Below are positions 1 through 9,749 of a stretch of DNA of 64,000 bases, in pieces. The DNA lies in NCBI GenBank assembly GCA_963704365.1, contig OY969899.1, forward strand, positions 311,741-375,740, in the 5' to 3' direction. Within the stretch, counting starts at the first letter, position 1, and each line of letters begins with the position of its first letter. Under the pieces are notes generated by a model. It worked only from the letters and a program-made list of their open reading frames with translations. It made no database searches and was not told the DNA's origin. This stretch comes from Parachlamydiales bacterium (GTDB lineage Bacteria; Chlamydiota; Chlamydiia; Chlamydiales; JAJFMK01). The position numbers and the translations under genes are program-made.

Positions 1-422
1 CAGTTCCCCTCTTCTACTAAAAGATCGTCGTTATTTGGTTTCGGTTCTGAAAAAGTGATCTCGGTACCGCTAAAGGCTTTTGCCATTTTGATGGACAGGG
101 CCTTCATCTCTTTAACGTCTTGAGATGAAAGGATATTCGTTTGAAGTTTGTTTTTGCCTTGTGAAACTCTGGAAGGGAAGTAGATAAAGGAATAACGGAT
201 CATGTCGAGGAACTGATAGGAGAAAAGGTAATTTTCAACAGGATTGGGAGAAAGTCCGGCAAGTTTTCTGATCTTTTGTTGGATTTCCTCTACTTCATAC
301 GGGGCGCCTGAGGCCATGTTGAGAGTGTGTCGTTTTTCCCAGACCTCTTTTGCTAAAGGAAGAGGATCTTTGGGTAGTGTTAATGAGAAGATAATTAAGA
401 AATAAATGATCAATTGCATCAT
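1..422 (-). CDS. hypothetical protein, N-terminal fragment (ORF continues past the left edge of the window)
   Basis: The minus-strand frame is open from ATG-ATG at 422/419 down to position 1 (MMQLIIYFLIIFSLTLPKDPLPLAKEVWEKRH...). The N-terminus is hydrophobic and signal-like. It is absent from the ORF track only because no stop lies inside the window. Track ORF 295..522 is another frame with junk-like composition. Confidence 0.4.
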   Translation of the reverse strand, partial: MMQLIIYFLIIFSLTLPKDPLPLAKEVWEKRHTLNMASGAPYEVEEIQQKIRKLAGLSPNPVENYLFSYQFLDMIRYSFIYFPSRVSQGKNKLQTNILSSQDVKEMKALSIKMAKAFSGTEITFSEPKPNNDDLLVEEGN

Positions 423-539
423 GAAGATACAATTTTAACATTAGATTGTTAAATTTAATTAAACTAACCTGAGTTGAAAGCCCCTCGGAGAATTCCGAGG
501 GGCAGGGAAGAAGAAAAAACAACTAAATTATATTTTTTG

Positions 540-1163
540 TTATTTAGCAGGAGGCGAAATAACTTCGTCAATCACGTGGATCACGCCGTTTTTCGCTTTG
601 ATATCAGGTTGGATCACTTCGGCATCGTCGACAGTGACTAACCCACCAACTGCTTCTAGGTTAAGATCTTGTCCATTAAGAGTCCTGATCTTTGTGGTTT
701 TAGCATCTTTAGCTAAAATTTGTCCTGGGACGACATGATAGGTCAAAATGGCAACGAGATCTTTTTTATTTTGTAATAGTTTATCAAGAACCCCTTTAGG
801 AAGTTGATTGAAAGCATCATTGGAAGGGGCAAAAATAGTATAAGGGCCTCCATTTGCAAGAGTATCAGCAAGTCCTGCAGCTTTAATGGCAGAAACAAAT
901 GTTGAGAGGTTTGGATTATCTTGAGCTTTCTCAATGAGATTTTTAGTTTCTGTATTTACATAATTGGCTGGATTTTTTTGATCATCCATTGCAGGTGCTA
1001 TCGTGCTTGGTTTGGGGACGGCAGGCAATGCTGTATCTGTTACGGGTGTATATTTTATATTTTGGTTCGTGTTCAGGAACCTAGATGGGATCTGATCTCC
1101 CATAATGGGAGAAATAAGAGTTAAGCCGATGATGGCGACTCCTGTTATAGAAATCCGATTCAT
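540..1163 (-). CDS. fasciclin (FAS1) domain-containing secreted protein
   Basis: FAS1-type stretch TIFAPSNDAFNQLPKGVLDKLL...LTYHVVPGQIL...NGVIHVIDEVI. The ATG at 1163 is preceded by GGAGG and followed by the signal-like MNRISITGVAIIGLTLISPIMG. The track ORF extends to 1223 without support. Confidence 0.85.
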   Translation of the reverse strand: MNRISITGVAIIGLTLISPIMGDQIPSRFLNTNQNIKYTPVTDTALPAVPKPSTIAPAMDDQKNPANYVNTETKNLIEKAQDNPNLSTFVSAIKAAGLADTLANGGPYTIFAPSNDAFNQLPKGVLDKLLQNKKDLVAILTYHVVPGQILAKDAKTTKIRTLNGQDLNLEAVGGLVTVDDAEVIQPDIKAKNGVIHVIDEVISPPAK

Positions 1164-1338
1164 TATAAACCTCCACGTTGGTCTTATAAATTCCCTAATA
1201 CAAAATAAACAATTTATTAACAAAATAACGTCTTAGTTTTTCTTTTTTAGTTTAAAATCAGCGATTTGACTCTCCTTCACTTTGATCTACCCTTTTAAAA
1301 ATTGCATTTGCTATAGGAGGGTAGAAATCGGAGCAGCT

Positions 1339-1863
1339 ATGAAAGATCACCCAGTTTGGTACAGTAAGACATTGTATGTAGAGGGAATCTGTTTTCTTCT
1401 TTTAGGTTTGCTTGGTCTCTTTGCTCCCGTGATCATGACATTTGCAGTTGAGTTGCTGGTGGGAACACTGTTTTTAGCTGGTGGCCTAATCCAAGGGTGG
1501 CGTGCTCTCACTACACCAAAGCTTCCAGGTTTTTGGCCCTCTATATGGAGTGCTATCCTCTATATCATTGTGGGCTGCTTACTTCTTTTCTATCCGATGA
1601 AAGGGGTGTTGACGTTGACATTCTTGCTCACCGTTTTCTTCTTTGCTGAAGGATTTGTTGAGATTGTCTTTTCAACGACCGTCCGTCCGATGGCCAATTG
1701 GGGATGGGTCTTATTAAGCGGTCTTGTCACCATTTTGTTAGGGGTTTTGATCTGGACAGGTTGGCCTGGCACCTCCCTTTGGGTGATTGGCCTGCTCGTC
1801 GGCATCAACCTGATCTTCTACGGTGCTTCCCGTCTCTTTTTGGCTAAGAGCTACCCAAGCTAG
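1339..1863 (+). CDS. HdeD/DUF308-family integral membrane protein
   Basis: About six hydrophobic helices with the repeating pattern typical of DUF308 (LLVGTLFLAGGLIQGWRAL, LLSGLVTILLGVLIWTGWPG). Start taken at ATG 1339 (MKDHPVWY). The family call is from pattern recall. Confidence 0.65.
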   Translation: MKDHPVWYSKTLYVEGICFLLLGLLGLFAPVIMTFAVELLVGTLFLAGGLIQGWRALTTPKLPGFWPSIWSAILYIIVGCLLLFYPMKGVLTLTFLLTVFFFAEGFVEIVFSTTVRPMANWGWVLLSGLVTILLGVLIWTGWPGTSLWVIGLLVGINLIFYGASRLFLAKSYPS

Positions 1864-1928
1864 CATTCACCATAAAGAAGAAAAAATCTTCAGGAAACTT
1901 CGTGGTGAAACGACTTTGATTCCGTTTT

Positions 1929-4900
1929 TTACTGGTTCAAGAAGGGGGCGGTGACGCTTTTGCTCGATTTGGCAATTGTCTCGGGTGTGCCTGTTACAAC
2001 GACTTTGCCGCCGCTAATTCCGGCTCCTGGACCCATTTCGACCACCCAGTCTGCTGATTCGATCACGCCTACATGGTGTTCGATCACCACAACGGTATGG
2101 CCTTGGTCGATCAACCGGTGCAATAGCAGCAGTAGCTTTTCAACATCGGAAAAATGGAGTCCCAATGTCGGTTCATCCAATAAGAACAATGTTTTAGCTC
2201 TTCCACCTTTCACAATTTCCCGTGCGAGTTTAATCCGCTGCGATTCACCAAGAGATAGGCTCTGCATCTCTTGACCAAGTTTCACATAGTCAAGACCGAC
2301 CTCTTTTAGAAGATCAAGGCTTTTCTTGATCGGTTTGTGCACTTCAAATACAACAGATGCCTCAGCCACCGTGAGATTTAAGATATCTCCAAAATCGAGC
2401 CCTTTATATTGGACCTCGAGGCTGACAGGGTTTAACCGTTTCCCTTTACAGACCTCGCAGGGGACTCTGACGCTAGGCAAAAAGAGGAGGTCCACTTTTT
2501 TGTAACCAAGGCCAAAGCAGTTGGAGCACATCCCTTTCAGTTGGTTCGTACTAAAATGGCGAGGTTGTAACCCTCTGATTTCAGACTCTGGAAGTCTGGC
2601 AAAAAATGTTCTGATTTTTGGGAGGACATCGGAGTAGGTCCCCACATCGGAACGGGAGGTCATCCCAACTGGGTTTTGGTCCAACAAGACTACTTGATCC
2701 CAAGTGGCTCCTGAAATTTTGCCAAAAGGGGTTTCAAACGATCCGTCTCGCTTAATGGCCTCAGTCGCAAGAGGGGCTAATAAGGAGTGGAGCAGAGTCG
2801 ATTTACCCGACCCAGAAACCCCTGTGATCACGCTGAGACATTCATGTGGCAAATCGAGATCTACCTTATGCAAATTGAAAAGGGTTCCATCTTTTAAGCT
2901 AAAGTGGGTTTTCCCTTTTTTCCTTTTCTCTGGACGATGGAGTTTTTTACGCCCTGATAAGTAGAGGCCCGTTTCAGAATAAGCATGGTCATGGATGTGT
3001 GAATAGCTCCCTTCTGCCATGATCCTTCCCCCTTCTTGACCTCCTTTGGGGCCAAAGTCGACGATATGGTCGGCAATTCCAATCGTAAGTGGATCGTGTT
3101 CGACAACAACTAGGGTATTGCCTTCGTCTTTCAAGCGGATCAAGGTTTGATTGAGCCTTGTCACATCACTTGGGTGGAGTCCGGTGGTCGGTTCATCTAA
3201 CACATAGAGAACGCCTGTTAATCCGCTGCCAAGCTGCCTTGCCAAACGTACCCGCTGGACTTCGCCGCCACTTAAAGTAGTAGAGGTCCGATCGAGGCTT
3301 AGGTAGCCAACACCAATTTCATCCAGAAAGCGGAGTTTTTTTTGTAAAGTTTCTAAGATCTCTTCTAAGTAGCGGTGTGGGGGCTTAATTTCACTAAAAA
3401 AAGAGGGGAGTTGATCGAGAGGAAGACTCGAAAGCTCTGGCAAGGTTTTCCCTTCCACTTTGACTGCGCGAGAAACTGCATTCAATCGACTTCCATGGCA
3501 GCTTGGGCAGGTATGGTGTTTCATTAAAGGGGCCAAAATATCTTTGCTATCTTTCGGTCCAATCCGAGCGATCATCTCAAGACCTTTTTCAAGGCCGCGC
3601 CAGATGAAGCTGCCCCCCTTTTTAAGGGAAATCGGTTTGGAGTCGCCTTTAGTCAAAAATTCAGCTTCTTTGAGAGTCAGTTCATCTAAAGTTTTTGAAG
3701 AGTTGACCCCAATCGCTTGAAGAAGAGCCCTTCCTGGCGTACTAAAGAACAGATCGAAAATTTGTTTTATACTTAACCCGAGCAGTTCATCTCGATGCAA
3801 CAGATCGGCACCTACATCTTCTCCTGTTCCTGAGCAGGTTGGGCAGTATCCTTCCGGTAGGTTGAAGGCAAAAGATTTGGGGGTAATGGGGGGGAAAGTT
3901 TCTCCCGTTTCTTTATCGGCAAAGTCGAGGAAGAAGGTGATGATCTTGTCGTCGATCAAAAGGGAAACCCGTTTTTTCCCTACTTTAGAGGCATTTTCAA
4001 TCGCTTCTAGCAAATGATCACTATCATCCTTGTGAAAGACAAGCCGATCGATGACCAGGTAAAGATCGTTTTTCTCTTTCGGATCAAAAGGGATTTTATC
4101 GAGAGGAAGTTCCGGATCGTCTAAATGATAAAATGTCCCATTCAGGTAGGCCCGTTGGTAACCGCCCATTTGCCACCCCTTCAGAAAAGTGACAATATCC
4201 TCACCCCGTTTAGGAAAGAGGGGAGATAAAATAAACACTTTTGTCCCTTCTTTTAACTCTTCCACCAAGGCTTTTAGAAGGGTGTCAGGGCGTATTTCTT
4301 GCAGCTTATTCCCTGTTTTTGGGTTATAAGGAGTGCCAAGTTTTGCAAAAAGGATCCGCAACAGATCGTGGATCTCGGTCATCGTACCGATTGTACTGCG
4401 CAAATTTCCACTATTGGCTTTCTGTTCGATAGCAATAGCAGGTGATAGCCCTTCGATCGATTCAACCTTCGGTTTAGCCATCTGAGTGACAAATTGCCTT
4501 GCATAGGGAGAAAGCGATTCTGTGTAACGTCTTTGCCCTTCAGCGAAGAGCGTTTCGTGGGCGAGGGAGCTTTTGCCAGATCCTGAAGGTCCTGTGAAAA
4601 TAGTCAGTTGATCACGAGGAATTTTGAGGTCGAGCCCTTTCAGGTTATTCTGTTCGGCTTTTTTGATGGTGATGTAATTTTCACCCACCTGCGTCTCTTT
4701 CGGAAGCGGGGAGGGGAGAGGGTAGGGTTCACCTTTTAGAAGGGGGATGAGGGCAATCCCTGTGGCGGTTTTTTTCTTGGCGATATCCTCAGGGGTTCCT
4801 TCGGCAATGATTTCGCCCCCTTTACTGCCTCCAAGAGGGCCAAGTTCTATGACCCAGTCGGCTGTTTTAACCACCTCCATATTATGCTCAATGATGACGA

Positions 4901-7529
4901 TGGTGTTTCCTTCATCAACAAGCCGATGGAGGACTTTTAACAGTTTTTCAACATCAGATAGGTGTAAACCGGTGGTTGGTTCATCCAAGATATAGAGAGT
5001 ATGCCCTGTAGAAGGGCGGAGCAATTCTTTTGCTAATTTGACCCGCTGCGCCTCTCCGCCAGAAAGGGTAGGGGAGGGTTGACCCAGTTTGAGGTAATCG
5101 AGCCCCACCTCTCTTAAGGCTTGAAGACGGTGGTGGATCTCTTTGTGGTTCTCAAAGAAAGGGATGAGTTCTCGGACCTCTGCATTCAAAATATCGGCGA
5201 TTGACTTGCCCTTGAACTTAATTGAAAGAGTTTCGTTATCAAACCTTTCACCGCCGCAGGTGGGGCATTCAACCCAGGCCTCTTCTAGAAAATCCATGTC
5301 AACACGGATCATCCCCATCCCATGGCATCCAGGGCATGAACCCTCTTTGACGTTGAAGCTAAAACGCCCTTTATCAAACCCTTTCATACGTGCATCTGGA
5401 AGCTTTGCGAACAGGTCTCTGATCAAATCAAACAGTTTAATATAGGTAGAGGGATTAGAGCGGGGATTACGGCCGATTGGGGTTTGATCGATCCCAATCA
5501 CCTTGTCCACAAGCTCTAGCCCTTTGATTTTTTCGTATTTTCCAACTGCCAAAGTGCTTTTTTGGACCGAATTTGAAAGGGCTGGAAAAAGGGTTTCCAA
5601 AAGGAGCGATGATTTCCCTGACCCTGACACCCCTGTGACAGCGATGAACCTTCCAAGAGGGAAGGTGGCATTCACTTTTTTCAAGTTGTGGTGGGTGGCA
5701 CCAGTGATCTGGATCTCCCCTTTTTTTCCCTTCCTTCTCTTTTTCGGTAGAGCAATTTTTCGGTCGCCCCGGAAAAACGCCCCTGTGACCGACTCTTTAC
5801 AGGCTATCAGATCGCTGATCGGTCCATTCACTAAAATAGTACCGCCAAGCACACCTGGACCTGGACCCACATCGACGATACGGTCAGCAGCAAGGATGGT
5901 CTCTTCGTCATGCTCGACAACGATCACCCTGTTGCCTCTGCCGCGCAGTTTTTTTAACGTTTCAATCAGAGCGCTATTGTCTTTTGGGTGAAGACCGATC
6001 GAGGGTTCATCGAGAATATAGGTGACACCAACAAGCCCTGAACCGATCTGAGAGGCTAATCGGACCCTTTGTCCTTCTCCGCCTGACAAGGTCGGTGCCC
6101 CCCTGTTAAGGGAAAGATAGCCAAGACCTACCCGCACTAAAAAGGTGAGTCGCTCGTGCACCTCTTTGACAATTTCCCCCGCAATTTCCTCCTCTTCTTT
6201 CGTGAGTTTGATTTTTGTAAAAAAAGTGAGGGCCTCTTCTATTGAACCATCGACCATCTGAAAAAGGGTCAGGTCATGGAAGCGGCAGGCAGCAGGGTAG
6301 GGTTGTAAGCGGGATCCAGAGCAGCTAGGGCAGACCATCTCAGTTAAGAGCGTTTCCATTTTCTGACGGTAAAAGTCGCTTTTAGCCTCTGCATAGCGCC
6401 GTTTGGCCTCAGCAAAAACCCCATCCCAACGGATATGGTCGACCCACTCGGCTCCGGTGTCTGGGTGGACAAAGATGATACGGTGCCATTTTTTTCCTGT
6501 GCCATACAAGAAGACCTTTTTGGCCTGTTCAGAAAGTTTTTTCCATGGAGTGTCGAGGGAAAACCCATAGGTTTCAGCTAAATGGCGGTAAATATTTCCA
6601 AAACGGACTGTGGAGGCAGAGCTTGCCACTTCACAACAATCTTCACTGATCGACTTATCGGGATCGATCACTTTGTCGACATCAAACTCTTGGATGAACC
6701 CGAGACCTGAACAGGTCGAGCACATCCCTTTAGGGCTGTTAAATGAAAAATCTTGAGGATCGAGCGGGGGATAGGAAGTTTCTGCCTCTTCAGAGTAGGC
6801 AGAGAGGGAATAGAGCTCCTTGTCCACAAGAAGCATCCCCTTTCCCCACTCTAATGCTGTCGTGACAGCTTCGCCAATCCGGGCCCGGTTTTCTTTTGAG
6901 AGGGTGATCCTGTCGACAACCAAGTCGAGGTCGTGCCCTTTTTTAGGATCTAAAGAAAAGGGATCGTCAAGATGGTGTAGATGTCCATCGATCTGAACCC
7001 GCAAAAACCCTTTCTTCTTGAGAAAATCGAGTTCGTCCTTCAGCTCCCCTTTTTTCCCTCTATAAAGTGGGGCAAAAAGGGTGACCATTTCTTTAGACTC
7101 TTTTGACTGCAAAGAGTGGATGATCTGGTCGCGGCTTTGGGCTTTTAACGGTTTTCCAGAAACAGGGCAGTAAGGGGTGCCGACTTTAGAGTAAAGAACG
7201 CGGAGGTAGTCGTAAATTTCGGTCAGAGTCCCGACAGTGGAGCGGGGATTCATCGTTTTTGTTTTCTGTTCGATCGAGATGGTGGGGGTCATGCCACTTG
7301 CAAAATCGAGTTCAGGTTTGGGAAATTCACCCAGCTCTCTTCGGGCCTGCGCAGAAAGCGATTCAATATAGCGCCGTTGCCCCTCGACATAGATGGTGTC
7401 AAAGGCAAGGGACGACTTGCCTGAACCAGAAACACCAGTGAAAACGATCAGCTCACCAGAGGGCAACTCCAAATCCACCCCTTTCAGGTTGTGGACTCTC
7501 ACATTTTTTAGGATTAAGGGCCTTTCCAT
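1929..7529 (-). CDS. uvrA: excinuclease ABC subunit UvrA, tandem-duplicated (two complete UvrA units in one polypeptide)
   Basis: Single 5.6-kb ORF. It has four Walker A loops (GVSGSGKSS x2, GPSGSGKSS, GVSGSGKST) and four ABC signatures (LSGGEGQRVRLA, LSGGEAQRVKLA, LSGGEVQRVRLA, LSLGESQRIKLA). The second unit restarts with ITIKKAEQNNLKGLDLKIP...FAEGQRRY. Start chosen at MERPLILKNVRVHNLKG (7529). In-frame ATGs at 7547, 7568 and 7595 are alternatives. Confidence 0.95.
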   Translation of the reverse strand: MERPLILKNVRVHNLKGVDLELPSGELIVFTGVSGSGKSSLAFDTIYVEGQRRYIESLSAQARRELGEFPKPELDFASGMTPTISIEQKTKTMNPRSTVGTLTEIYDYLRVLYSKVGTPYCPVSGKPLKAQSRDQIIHSLQSKESKEMVTLFAPLYRGKKGELKDELDFLKKKGFLRVQIDGHLHHLDDPFSLDPKKGHDLDLVVDRITLSKENRARIGEAVTTALEWGKGMLLVDKELYSLSAYSEEAETSYPPLDPQDFSFNSPKGMCSTCSGLGFIQEFDVDKVIDPDKSISEDCCEVASSASTVRFGNIYRHLAETYGFSLDTPWKKLSEQAKKVFLYGTGKKWHRIIFVHPDTGAEWVDHIRWDGVFAEAKRRYAEAKSDFYRQKMETLLTEMVCPSCSGSRLQPYPAACRFHDLTLFQMVDGSIEEALTFFTKIKLTKEEEEIAGEIVKEVHERLTFLVRVGLGYLSLNRGAPTLSGGEGQRVRLASQIGSGLVGVTYILDEPSIGLHPKDNSALIETLKKLRGRGNRVIVVEHDEETILAADRIVDVGPGPGVLGGTILVNGPISDLIACKESVTGAFFRGDRKIALPKKRRKGKKGEIQITGATHHNLKKVNATFPLGRFIAVTGVSGSGKSSLLLETLFPALSNSVQKSTLAVGKYEKIKGLELVDKVIGIDQTPIGRNPRSNPSTYIKLFDLIRDLFAKLPDARMKGFDKGRFSFNVKEGSCPGCHGMGMIRVDMDFLEEAWVECPTCGGERFDNETLSIKFKGKSIADILNAEVRELIPFFENHKEIHHRLQALREVGLDYLKLGQPSPTLSGGEAQRVKLAKELLRPSTGHTLYILDEPTTGLHLSDVEKLLKVLHRLVDEGNTIVIIEHNMEVVKTADWVIELGPLGGSKGGEIIAEGTPEDIAKKKTATGIALIPLLKGEPYPLPSPLPKETQVGENYITIKKAEQNNLKGLDLKIPRDQLTIFTGPSGSGKSSLAHETLFAEGQRRYTESLSPYARQFVTQMAKPKVESIEGLSPAIAIEQKANSGNLRSTIGTMTEIHDLLRILFAKLGTPYNPKTGNKLQEIRPDTLLKALVEELKEGTKVFILSPLFPKRGEDIVTFLKGWQMGGYQRAYLNGTFYHLDDPELPLDKIPFDPKEKNDLYLVIDRLVFHKDDSDHLLEAIENASKVGKKRVSLLIDDKIITFFLDFADKETGETFPPITPKSFAFNLPEGYCPTCSGTGEDVGADLLHRDELLGLSIKQIFDLFFSTPGRALLQAIGVNSSKTLDELTLKEAEFLTKGDSKPISLKKGGSFIWRGLEKGLEMIARIGPKDSKDILAPLMKHHTCPSCHGSRLNAVSRAVKVEGKTLPELSSLPLDQLPSFFSEIKPPHRYLEEILETLQKKLRFLDEIGVGYLSLDRTSTTLSGGEVQRVRLARQLGSGLTGVLYVLDEPTTGLHPSDVTRLNQTLIRLKDEGNTLVVVEHDPLTIGIADHIVDFGPKGGQEGGRIMAEGSYSHIHDHAYSETGLYLSGRKKLHRPEKRKKGKTHFSLKDGTLFNLHKVDLDLPHECLSVITGVSGSGKSTLLHSLLAPLATEAIKRDGSFETPFGKISGATWDQVVLLDQNPVGMTSRSDVGTYSDVLPKIRTFFARLPESEIRGLQPRHFSTNQLKGMCSNCFGLGYKKVDLLFLPSVRVPCEVCKGKRLNPVSLEVQYKGLDFGDILNLTVAEASVVFEVHKPIKKSLDLLKEVGLDYVKLGQEMQSLSLGESQRIKLAREIVKGGRAKTLFLLDEPTLGLHFSDVEKLLLLLHRLIDQGHTVVVIEHHVGVIESADWVVEMGPGAGISGGKVVVTGTPETIAKSSKSVTAPFLNQ

Positions 7530-7664
7530 TCCAGGAGATAATACCATATTAGCAGAAGAAAAGAACATGGGTAAGCAAGCGGGAAAAAAGAACAAGTTTG
7601 TTTTCCTTCTTTTCTTGTGTTACTAGCTGATTTTTTGTATCTTGAGAGTGCATTTTGAGGTTTT

Positions 7665-9128
7665 ATGCGTTATTTTCTCTCTCTTCTTTTCTTTGTTTTT
7701 CCTGTTGTTGCTTTCGATGTCGCTGTGAATGGAACCGGTATTGTTGGTGTCTGGACCGCTTATTCTTTATCGACAGAGCTTGAAAAAGCGGGACTTGGCG
7801 ATCAAGTGACTATCCATATAGTTGGGAAGTGGGATTGGCAAAAAGGGGAAGAGGAAGCCTCTCTTCAGGAGATTGCCGCTTTTGATCATGAGACAAGTAG
7901 CTGGGGCCCGGTTGGTTTGCAACTTCAAGCAGAAGCTCCTTGGAATTTTCGAGATCTAGTAGGAGCTTTTAAAGAAAACATCGGCAATACGGAGGCAAGC
8001 TACTATATTTCCCCAGATCTAGGTGACGAAGGGAAAAGGGTGATTGAAATGTTTGCCGGTTGGCACGAGAAACATTTAGACACTGAAGAGAGACGTCTCC
8101 AGTCTCTATTGACCTTCAATAGCCTTGCACAAGACCAATGGTTAAAATTTCAAAGTCAAATCAGTCCTGAGACGAAAAAGGATATCTGCCTCTCGATTGA
8201 AGGATGTTGGGCCATGAGGAGAGACAATTTGGCAGTCGAGTCCCTGCTCAAGGAATTAGAGGACATGAAGAGTGTGGCTTATGGGTGCTTTGATTCGACA
8301 GAGTTTGCCAATATCCTCCCCTTTTATGCTTCTCAGATCAAAGAAAAAGGGTTCAAAGGGGTCTTCTTCCCAGAAGATGGGATGGTGGAAGGGGACAAAC
8401 TACGGAATTTGTTATGGGGGAAACTGCTCGAAAAGCGGGGAGGGAAGCCCGCTGTTGCTTTGCACCAAGGGAAAGCCGTGAAGAAGCTTTTACTGTCTGA
8501 GGATGGGGTATGTAGCGGAGTCCAATTTGAGGATGGATCGACCCTTCGTTCCGATTTGGTGATTTTGGCAACAGGATATGGGACAAAAGCCCTTGTGAAA
8601 GATCTTGGGGTTGATCTTCCTCTTTGGAAATTGTGGGGTGCATCAGTTAAAGCCAAATTAAAGGAAGAGGCAACCAACCTATTCCCTGGACCGATAGGAA
8701 CGAGTTCTTATGGTCTTTTTGTGGCAATTACTGGGGGGAAAAACATCTCGGCTATAGATTCACGCTCTTTCTTTGTACCAGAAGATTCGATCCCTTCCCC
8801 AATGCTTTTTAAGGAGAGGTTAAAAAATTGGTTTTTTAATCTTTTTGGAGACAGAGCTGATCCAAACTCCATCCGATATACTATTGCCCCTAGAACATTG
8901 ATTGCTGATGAGTTGCCTGTTGTCGATTTAGAACAGGTGGCGAAAAATCTGGTGATTTTACTGCCGACTTACCACTTGGGTCTCACACACAGCCCTGCTA
9001 TGGGGAAAATAGCGGCAGTTTATCTCTTAAACAAATTGGGGGCTTCGCAACAGCTCCCTTTATCGCTTGAACCCTATCGAGCCGATCGATTCAAGGATGA
9101 AACAGTCGAAAAACAAATCTTCGATTGA
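7665..9128 (+). CDS. FAD-dependent oxidoreductase (DAO-family-like) with N-terminal signal/anchor
   Basis: N-terminal dinucleotide-binding motif FDVAVNGTGIVGVWTAYSL (GxGxxG) follows a hydrophobic leader. A later LVILATGYGT stretch is typical of DAO-type flavoenzymes. Substrate is unknown. Confidence 0.65.
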   Translation: MRYFLSLLFFVFPVVAFDVAVNGTGIVGVWTAYSLSTELEKAGLGDQVTIHIVGKWDWQKGEEEASLQEIAAFDHETSSWGPVGLQLQAEAPWNFRDLVGAFKENIGNTEASYYISPDLGDEGKRVIEMFAGWHEKHLDTEERRLQSLLTFNSLAQDQWLKFQSQISPETKKDICLSIEGCWAMRRDNLAVESLLKELEDMKSVAYGCFDSTEFANILPFYASQIKEKGFKGVFFPEDGMVEGDKLRNLLWGKLLEKRGGKPAVALHQGKAVKKLLLSEDGVCSGVQFEDGSTLRSDLVILATGYGTKALVKDLGVDLPLWKLWGASVKAKLKEEATNLFPGPIGTSSYGLFVAITGGKNISAIDSRSFFVPEDSIPSPMLFKERLKNWFFNLFGDRADPNSIRYTIAPRTLIADELPVVDLEQVAKNLVILLPTYHLGLTHSPAMGKIAAVYLLNKLGASQQLPLSLEPYRADRFKDETVEKQIFD

Positions 9129-9205
9129 TCCTTAGAAATCCTTAGGTTGATGTCTTTCTCATACGTATCAAGTTAACGAATGGTGTTGAATTGCGTAGGC
9201 TCTTT

Positions 9206-9742
9206 TTACTTATTAGAAATAGTCATTTTGTCGATCAAAAGCCTGAGGGGCGGTGTTTCAGGCAGGTAGAGGTCGCCTGTCACTTCAATGACTTGACGAT
9301 TTTTTTGTGCGAGGTTGAGCTGATCGAGCAAGTCACCCTGTAACTTGTGGTTTGCAAGGGCGCCTCTACTTATATACTTAGAGGTGCTTTTGGGAGCAGG
9401 GCCAATCAAGTTAAATCGGGTATTATCACCAATTGAGGTAATGACCATATCTCCCCCTGATGTTGATAGGGTGCCCCTCACTTTGATTTGGAAAGGTTCT
9501 AAGTTAAGGCCAACGCCAACTGCTTGAAAATTCCTTTTTAAGGCTTGGTAGTTAAAGGGGGCATTAGGTTTCCAATACATGACGACCTTCCCACTCGTGA
9601 GCTCAATCTTCTGGATGTCCCCGTAGGCATTTAATTTCTTTTCCAGCTGTTTGCCACAACCTTCGTTACAGATTCCAGGGTTCCAAGTCGCTGTGACAGT
9701 CACAATCTCAAGGAGCAAAGAAAGCAAAAAGGGGGTAAACAT
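9206..9742 (-). CDS. hypothetical secreted protein
   Basis: ATG at 9742 gives MFTPFLLSLLLEIVTVTATW (signal-like) and avoids overlap with the pyk stop at 9750. I recognise no family. Confidence 0.5.
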   Translation of the reverse strand: MFTPFLLSLLLEIVTVTATWNPGICNEGCGKQLEKKLNAYGDIQKIELTSGKVVMYWKPNAPFNYQALKRNFQAVGVGLNLEPFQIKVRGTLSTSGGDMVITSIGDNTRFNLIGPAPKSTSKYISRGALANHKLQGDLLDQLNLAQKNRQVIEVTGDLYLPETPPLRLLIDKMTISNK

Positions 9743-9749
9743 CGTACAC

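Noticed and set aside
295-522. 75-aa minus-strand ORF from the track
   Set aside because: It overlaps, in another frame, the edge-truncated ORF starting at 422, and its composition is not protein-like.
1951-7626. About a dozen 60-160-aa plus-strand ORFs (e.g. 5503..5991)
   Set aside because: All lie inside and antisense to the 5.6-kb uvrA ORF. These are typical shadow ORFs.
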